Assembly (NCBI GenBank): GCA_009691465.1
Contig: SICK01000002.1
Location: forward strand, 9,951 to 73,950
Length of the DNA stretch: 64,000 nt
Direction: 5' to 3'
Source: Candidatus Kaiserbacteria bacterium
Lineage (GTDB): Bacteria > Patescibacteriota > Minisyncoccia > Phycocordibacterales > SBAW01
Position numbers and translations under genes: made by a program
Notes under the pieces: model-generated
The model's database searches: none
Seen by the model: only the letters and a program-made list of their open reading frames with translations
Told to the model about the DNA's origin: nothing
In this document: piece by piece, positions 58,904-64,000 of the stretch
How positions within the stretch are numbered: the first letter of the stretch is position 1
Layout of the letters: each line of letters begins with the position of its first letter

Positions 58904-60244
58904 TTATTTCAACATCATACGGATCTGATGTAACTCATTACTCAACACACTATCCCCACGAAGATCATTCTTTATTTTGTCGCAGGAGTGGATAACGGTT
59001 GTGTGGTCGCGGCCACCCAATTTCTCCCCAATAGTAGGGAACGAAATTCTAAAGTCCTCACGCAAAAGGAACATAATAACCTGCCGCGGCCGGACCACCT
59101 CTTTGCGCCGTGTCTTTTCGTAGATACTCCCCTCTTCGACCCCATAGAAGTTGGCGATGGTTTTGACCACCTCCTGCACTGAAACCGCCTTCTTTTGTAT
59201 GCCTCCGGCGCCGCGCAGGAGCGTCTTGGCGTCGTTTACGGTGAGCGGTTGGCCCCGCATCTCAAACTGGATCATAAGCGTGTTTAAAGCGCCCTCAAGC
59301 TCGCGTACATTGCCTTCGATGGTGGTGGCCAAATATTCAAGCACCTCGTCGGCAAGGATAAAGTTATGCGCCGCGGCCTTGGACCTGATGATAGCAAGGC
59401 GCGACTGGTGGTCGGGAGGGGTGACCGACACTATCATCCCGGCGCTAAAACGCGACTTAAGGCGGTCCTCAAGATTTTGGATGACGTTGGGGTGTTGGTC
59501 ACTCGAAAATACCAACTGCTTGTTGGCATCATGGAGGTAGTTGAAGAGGTGGAAGAATTCTTCTTTGATCTTGTCGCGTCCTGCAAGAAACTGCACATCA
59601 TCCATGATAAGCAGGTCGTACTGACGGTACTTTTCTTTAAAACTCTGTACTTTTCCCGCCTGGAGGCTGGAAACGTAGTCCATGGAAAACTTTTCTGACG
59701 TGACATAGTACACCTTACGTTCGGGGGCACTGACGCGGAAGTGGTTGCCGATGGCTTGGATAAGGTGAGTTTTACCCAGACCGGTGGGGCCGTAGACCAG
59801 GAGGGGGTTGTAGGCAATACCCGGCTTACGCACGACCGCCTGCGCGGCCGCGTGGGCAAGCTCGTTGAACGGCCCCACCACAAAGGTGCTAAAGGTAAAC
59901 CGCGGGTTGAGGTTGCTTTTTTGGTGCACCGCCTCGAGCGGCAGCTCGCCGACCGGCGGAGGGACTTGGCGAGTCTCCTCGTTAGAGCGTTTTGGCCCGC
60001 GAGAGATGACATATTCGACCGTCCGCACAGACTCCGAGAGGGTGCGCAACGACCGCAAGATGTCTTTATGGAACTTAGTGGAGAGCCAGTCCCGGGCAAA
60101 TTGCGACGGCACACCCAAGGAGACGGTACCATCCTCTACCCTGACGATATGGGTGTCTTTAAACCACGTATTAAAGTTGGGTTTGGATATACTAAGCTCC
60201 AGTTCGACGAGCGTATTCTCCCAAAGTTCTTTTGTGGTAGTCAT
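58904..60244 (-). CDS. dnaA: Chromosomal replication initiator DnaA
   Basis: NPLLVYGPTGLGKTHL, DDVQF, RLKSRF, GGRDHTTV. Confidence 0.99.
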   Translation of the reverse strand: MTTTKELWENTLVELELSISKPNFNTWFKDTHIVRVEDGTVSLGVPSQFARDWLSTKFHKDILRSLRTLSESVRTVEYVISRGPKRSNEETRQVPPPVGELPLEAVHQKSNLNPRFTFSTFVVGPFNELAHAAAQAVVRKPGIAYNPLLVYGPTGLGKTHLIQAIGNHFRVSAPERKVYYVTSEKFSMDYVSSLQAGKVQSFKEKYRQYDLLIMDDVQFLAGRDKIKEEFFHLFNYLHDANKQLVFSSDQHPNVIQNLEDRLKSRFSAGMIVSVTPPDHQSRLAIIRSKAAAHNFILADEVLEYLATTIEGNVRELEGALNTLMIQFEMRGQPLTVNDAKTLLRGAGGIQKKAVSVQEVVKTIANFYGVEEGSIYEKTRRKEVVRPRQVIMFLLREDFRISFPTIGEKLGGRDHTTVIHSCDKIKNDLRGDSVLSNELHQIRMMLK

Positions 60245-60320
60245 GGAGTGGTACAAGCGGTACACACCACTGTACGCGAGGCCGCTCCCGCCGTCAAAAA
60301 CGGCAAAAAGGTGTTCATCT

Positions 60321-60340
60321 TGTGGACAATCTGTGGATAG
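60321..60340. promoter_or_regulatory. Two DnaA boxes upstream of dnaA
   Basis: TGTGGACAA and TGTGGATAG. Confidence 0.7.
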
Positions 60341-60354
60341 AGTATATTTGACAC

Positions 60355-60489
60355 ATGTCACAAACGTACCAACCAAAAAAACGCAAACGAGCAAGGAGCC
60401 ATGGGTTTTTGAAGCGCTCGGCCACCGCCGGAGGCAAAAAGACCATGCTGCGCCGCCGCCGCAAGGGGCGCGCAACAATAGCTCACTAG
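60355..60489 (+). CDS. rpmH: 50S ribosomal protein L34 (absent from the ORF track)
   Basis: [44 protein letters not shown]. Confidence 0.96.
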   Translation: MSQTYQPKKRKRARSHGFLKRSATAGGKKTMLRRRRKGRATIAH

Positions 60490-60492
60490 CGC

Positions 60493-60789
60493 ATGCTCCC
60501 AAAACACAAGCGGCTTACCGCGGCGGAGGTTCGTGAGATACTAAAGAGCGGCCGCTCGGCGCGCTCGTCTACCTTGTCGGCTAAATATGTTCCCTCCCCT
60601 TCCGCCCGTGCGGCGGTTGTGGTGAGTAAAAAAGTGGCCAAGACCGCCGTGCTGCGCAACAAACTGCGCCGCGCCGCGTACGACGCGCTCGGTCCCCTAC
60701 TCCCCGCACAAAAAAACATCGTACTCTTTCTGCATAAGCCCGCGCTTGATATACATGAACTAACATCCCTATGTTCCAAACTTTCCTAG
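60493..60789 (+). CDS. rnpA: RNase P protein component
   Basis: MLPKHKRL, VSKKVAKTAVLRNKLRR. Confidence 0.93.
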   Translation: MLPKHKRLTAAEVREILKSGRSARSSTLSAKYVPSPSARAAVVVSKKVAKTAVLRNKLRRAAYDALGPLLPAQKNIVLFLHKPALDIHELTSLCSKLS

Positions 60790-61484
60790 TACAACCTATC
60801 TACAACGCGTTTGTCGCGCTGGTCGGCATCATGCCGCACGGTGATGCCGGGCTCGCCATAGTCACACTTACCGTCATTATGCGATTGGTACTCTATCCGG
60901 TCTTTACGGCATCTATCCGCACCCAGATGGGTATGGCGGCGATGCAAGGCGAGTTGGATACACTTAAAGAAAAGTTTAAAGACGACAAAGAAGCCGCCGC
61001 AAAAGGGCAGCTTGCACTGTTTAAGAAATACAAAGTCAATCCGCTCGCGGGCTTTGGCGCGCTCTTTATCCAACTGGCCGTCATCATCGCCCTGTATTTT
61101 GCGCTCTTTAGAGAAGGATTTCCTGTCATCAACCCAAACTTGCTCTACTCGTTCGTACACGTGCCCGCAATAGTCTCAACGAGTTTCTTCGGGATTGTCG
61201 ACTTGCTTACGCCGCGGCATGTCCTGTTGGCGGCTATTGTCGGGCTGACGCAATACCTTGCCATTCGGCTGACCCTTGCCCGCACGCCCGCCCCCGCGGC
61301 GGCGGCACCGGAGAAGCTGGCGGCGCACCGGATGCAACAGGGTATGATGCTCTACTTTATGCCGCTCCTGATGGCGGTTACCTCGTACTATTTTGCCGCG
61401 GCGGTGGGGCTGTACTTTGTTGCCGGTAACATATTTTCGCTCGGACAGGAGTGGCACATACGCCGCCAGCAGTTGCAGAAGTAG
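60771..61484 (+). CDS. yidC: YidC/Oxa1 membrane insertase
   Basis: GLAIVTLTVIMRLVLYP, VNPLAG, GLYF..GNIFS..QE. Confidence 0.94.
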   Translation: MFQTFLVQPIYNAFVALVGIMPHGDAGLAIVTLTVIMRLVLYPVFTASIRTQMGMAAMQGELDTLKEKFKDDKEAAAKGQLALFKKYKVNPLAGFGALFIQLAVIIALYFALFREGFPVINPNLLYSFVHVPAIVSTSFFGIVDLLTPRHVLLAAIVGLTQYLAIRLTLARTPAPAAAAPEKLAAHRMQQGMMLYFMPLLMAVTSYYFAAAVGLYFVAGNIFSLGQEWHIRRQQLQK

Positions 61485-61508
61485 CGGTAGATGGGGTATG
61501 GTATCCCC

Positions 61509-61973
61509 ATGCTGCCGCTCGATTTAAAATCTTTTATCACCGAGCTGCTCTCACTCCTTGACGTCGTCACCGACTCCATCGAGGTAAAAACCGGGCATCG
61601 CACCCTGGTTGTGGTTGCCTCAAGCGACTCTGCCCGCCTCATAGGGCAGGGCGGAGAGCACTTGCGCTCGCTCAACATGGTCGCGCGGCGCCTGGTAGAG
61701 GCAAAACATGGAGAAGAGGCGGCCAACTTTCTTATCGACGTCAACGGCTACCACGAATCACAGATGGAGAAGGTCCGCGCCGGCGCACGCATGCTGGCCC
61801 AGCGCGCGCGGCTGTTTAAGCATGATGTCGAGCTCGAACCCATGAGCGCGTATGAACGCTTGGTAGTACACGAGCTTTTTGCCGAGGATCCGGAGATAAA
61901 GACCGAATCGGCGGGCGAGGGCAAGTTCCGCCATATTGTCCTCAAATACAAAGACAGCGCACTCGCGTCTTAA
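61509..61973 (+). CDS. Jag/KhpB-like KH-R3H protein
   Basis: LIGQGGEHL, DVNGY, PMSAYERLVVH, S.GEG..R. Confidence 0.9.
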   Translation: MLPLDLKSFITELLSLLDVVTDSIEVKTGHRTLVVVASSDSARLIGQGGEHLRSLNMVARRLVEAKHGEEAANFLIDVNGYHESQMEKVRAGARMLAQRARLFKHDVELEPMSAYERLVVHELFAEDPEIKTESAGEGKFRHIVLKYKDSALAS

Positions 61974-62134
61974 GTAACGTTAGTTGCCCAGCCGCACCCG
62001 TCTCGCCTATTGCGAGCCGAGGCGGACGCCCCAGAGGCTGCGGTCGTCTTTTTTTATAAAATTGTTTTGAAATACAAATAAAATAAGCCCCGCCGTTTAT
62101 CGGCGAGGCTTTTGTTTTTAGACCCAAGGATCTG

Positions 62135-62584
62135 TTAGAACAGTTTAGTTGCTCCGTGGAGCAGATCGGCGATGTGCCGGTGTCCCTTAGAACGGAGATA
62201 CTTGGCCGCGTTTCGAGCCAAAAACTTCGCAGTGAGGCAAACACCTTTGTAGAAGCTGGCCTTGTGCGAGTTGTTGAGACTGCGATAGCGCCGACCCAGG
62301 TGTTCGATCGGCGAAACCGGTGCTCGAGGGCCCGAAAATATTCCAAGTACTACCGCCGCCCAAGGGCTGAGTATCATGAGACCAAAGCCCCAGAAGAAGC
62401 CTTTCAAGGCGTAGGCAGGGTCTGCGGATGCCATCGGCATCGTAAGTGTGTAGATAAGCAGTCCGGCAAAAAATACTGCCGAGCCGCACACCAGAGCGCG
62501 CTTAAGATTGATAGCACCTCGCAGTACACCGATTACCAAGATGATGACCGGCAAGACTACAAGGAAGATTCCTAGAATACTCAT
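62135..62584 (-). CDS. Hypothetical membrane protein (three TM helices plus a basic tail)
   Basis: GGAGG SD, its own sigma70-type promoter and a downstream terminator. Confidence 0.75.
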   Translation of the reverse strand: MSILGIFLVVLPVIILVIGVLRGAINLKRALVCGSAVFFAGLLIYTLTMPMASADPAYALKGFFWGFGLMILSPWAAVVLGIFSGPRAPVSPIEHLGRRYRSLNNSHKASFYKGVCLTAKFLARNAAKYLRSKGHRHIADLLHGATKLF

Positions 62585-62634
62585 TTTTCCTCCATGAGTG
62601 TTAGGGTTCAGTTCGAAGAACAGTCTCGCTGTCC

Positions 62635-62663
62635 ACTATACTCTAAATAGGGCTATTTGTCAA
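62635..62663 (-). promoter_or_regulatory. Consensus sigma70 promoter
   Basis: TTGACA-17 bp-TATAGT; the -35 box lies within a GGCTATT/AATAGCC inverted repeat. Confidence 0.75.
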
Positions 62664-62694
62664 TAGCCCACCAAAATAACCTTACGTAAAGCCT

Positions 62695-63939
62695 TTATTG
62701 CCCAAGTCTCACCCCCCAGAGGCTGCGGTCGTCTTTTTTTATAAACAACAGGTATTGGTCGTCGGGCGATACCGCAAGCGAGAGGATGTCGGAGGGAACT
62801 CCGCCGTCACCACTGCCAGGAGTTGCAACAATTACCGATTGTTGAGCTTGTAGATTATAGCCGAAGATGCTGTCGTTGAAACTTGTGGCTCCTTGATGCC
62901 AAGAGTCCAGGTATGTCGGCGGAGCGTACGAAAGAGGCCGTGCGCAGTAAACAACAAAGGCTGCACTGGGGCTCCAGACACATTTCTCCGGATATGGGTC
63001 GAAGGAGACGGGCATATTAAGCCCCGTCTTTATATTGCGGACGTATGTAGAAACCCCTTGACCGGTGGCGGGAGCCGTTTGATAGATTAAGTAAGTAAAA
63101 GTTGAATTAGCAATAGCGGTGAGACCTTCTGCATACAAAAGCGGAGAAACCGACCCACTAGAGATGTTGACCGAAAAGAGTACCCCCGGCACTCCGGCAG
63201 AGGATTTAGTGTAGAGCAGTACGGTTGGAGCGGAGGGCCAGGAGATGATGAGTTGGGAGAGCGGGAGTGAGAAGAGTTTTTTAGGAGCACTGCCGTCGGC
63301 AAAGGCGGTATAGCCGTCTGCGCCCGAGGCGCCGCGCAAAAGATATACCATATTCTTTCCGTCGGGAGAAAAAGCGGCCCCCGTGATACCATCGGGCAAA
63401 AACCGTGCCCGCGAAGTCACTTGCTTGGTGGTGGTTGAGACACTAAAAGTCAATGAGAGTGTTTTTATAACTCCGTTGTCGACGTAGCGCAGTAGCGCGG
63501 TGCGTCCTCCTGCTGCCCAGAGCGCCTCGCTGATGCCGGGTATCGTGATGTTGGAAGCCCCGCGGCCCACCGCACCCGGAACGTCTATAGCAAAGTCAGT
63601 GACGTGGGCGTTATCCTGCGCAATGTAGCGCACGAGCGTGGTGGTCGGCTGCGTGGTCTGTATGAACGTGGCGGCCACTACGGGGCCCGTGGCTATTTTA
63701 AATATGGTTTGGGTGCTAGGGGTAGATTGATTGGTCGGCGTACCGGTGTTGTTGGTAGTGCCTGTTCCCCCTCCCCCATCGGGCGTCACTGATACGGTGG
63801 TGTTCCCGCCGCCGGTGGTGTCTCCTTGTGTCGCGGGTGTTGGTGTAGAACCGGAGAAGAAGAAAAACCATACAAACAAGCCAGCTACTACAGTCCCGAC
63901 AATTATGATTCCGATAATAGTGGGTGTAAATCTAGGCAT
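62695..63939 (-). CDS. Membrane-anchored TolB/WD40-like beta-propeller protein
   Basis: N-terminal TM, Thr/Gly linker, FSPDG, CVWS and VSPDD blade motifs. Confidence 0.8.
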   Translation of the reverse strand: MPRFTPTIIGIIIVGTVVAGLFVWFFFFSGSTPTPATQGDTTGGGNTTVSVTPDGGGGTGTTNNTGTPTNQSTPSTQTIFKIATGPVVAATFIQTTQPTTTLVRYIAQDNAHVTDFAIDVPGAVGRGASNITIPGISEALWAAGGRTALLRYVDNGVIKTLSLTFSVSTTTKQVTSRARFLPDGITGAAFSPDGKNMVYLLRGASGADGYTAFADGSAPKKLFSLPLSQLIISWPSAPTVLLYTKSSAGVPGVLFSVNISSGSVSPLLYAEGLTAIANSTFTYLIYQTAPATGQGVSTYVRNIKTGLNMPVSFDPYPEKCVWSPSAAFVVYCARPLSYAPPTYLDSWHQGATSFNDSIFGYNLQAQQSVIVATPGSGDGGVPSDILSLAVSPDDQYLLFIKKDDRSLWGVRLGQ

Positions 63940-64000
63940 GGTGTTTATATTATCGCCAATAAGAACAGACGAGCACTGTTTTTCCTGAGTTTCCCACCAC

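Larger units (their letters stand above)
62029..62745. repeat. 32-bp direct repeats (62029-62060 and 62714-62745) bounding a single-gene insertion
   Basis: Identical CCCCAGAGGCTGCGGTCGTCTTTTTTTATAAA at both positions. Confidence 0.9.

Noticed and set aside
63950-64000. Possible 3' end of a minus-strand CDS
   Set aside because: Only 17 codons are visible, too little to support a call.

Overview
Chromosomal window of a small-genome bacterium, most likely a Patescibacteria/CPR Parcubacteria lineage. This assignment rests on compact leaderless genes, rplK without rplA, IleRS carrying a histidine-phosphatase insert, and many pilin-like or Ig-fold surface proteins. The window includes the replication origin region (dnaN-oriC-dnaA / rpmH-rnpA-yidC-jag), housekeeping genes (ftsK, recA, efp, rpsF-ssb-rpsR, metG, glyQS, recO, ileS, argS, glyA-thyA-dcd-folA, secE-nusG-rplK, rplS, ruvABC, murE, polA, tsaE, pilB-like ATPase, tyrS, class A PBP) and 8 tRNA genes. 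Most notable observations: (1) a 2.7-kb large-serine-recombinase element at the 3' end of tRNA-Arg(GCG). Its attachment site lies inside the recombinase's own C-terminal codons, and it carries a second, inverted copy of that site, so both the cargo surface-protein gene and the recombinase gene are bracketed by inverted repeats. (2) Three different tRNA genes are each immediately preceded by a free-standing HNH or LAGLIDADG-type gene. (3) A candidate 6S-like ncRNA. (4) An integrase-free single-gene cassette that duplicated and synonymously recoded a host gene's 3' end. (5) Short palindromic elements inserted in frame into protein genes. No CRISPR array or rRNA was seen. All calls come from reading the sequence and the ORF track; no searches were run.
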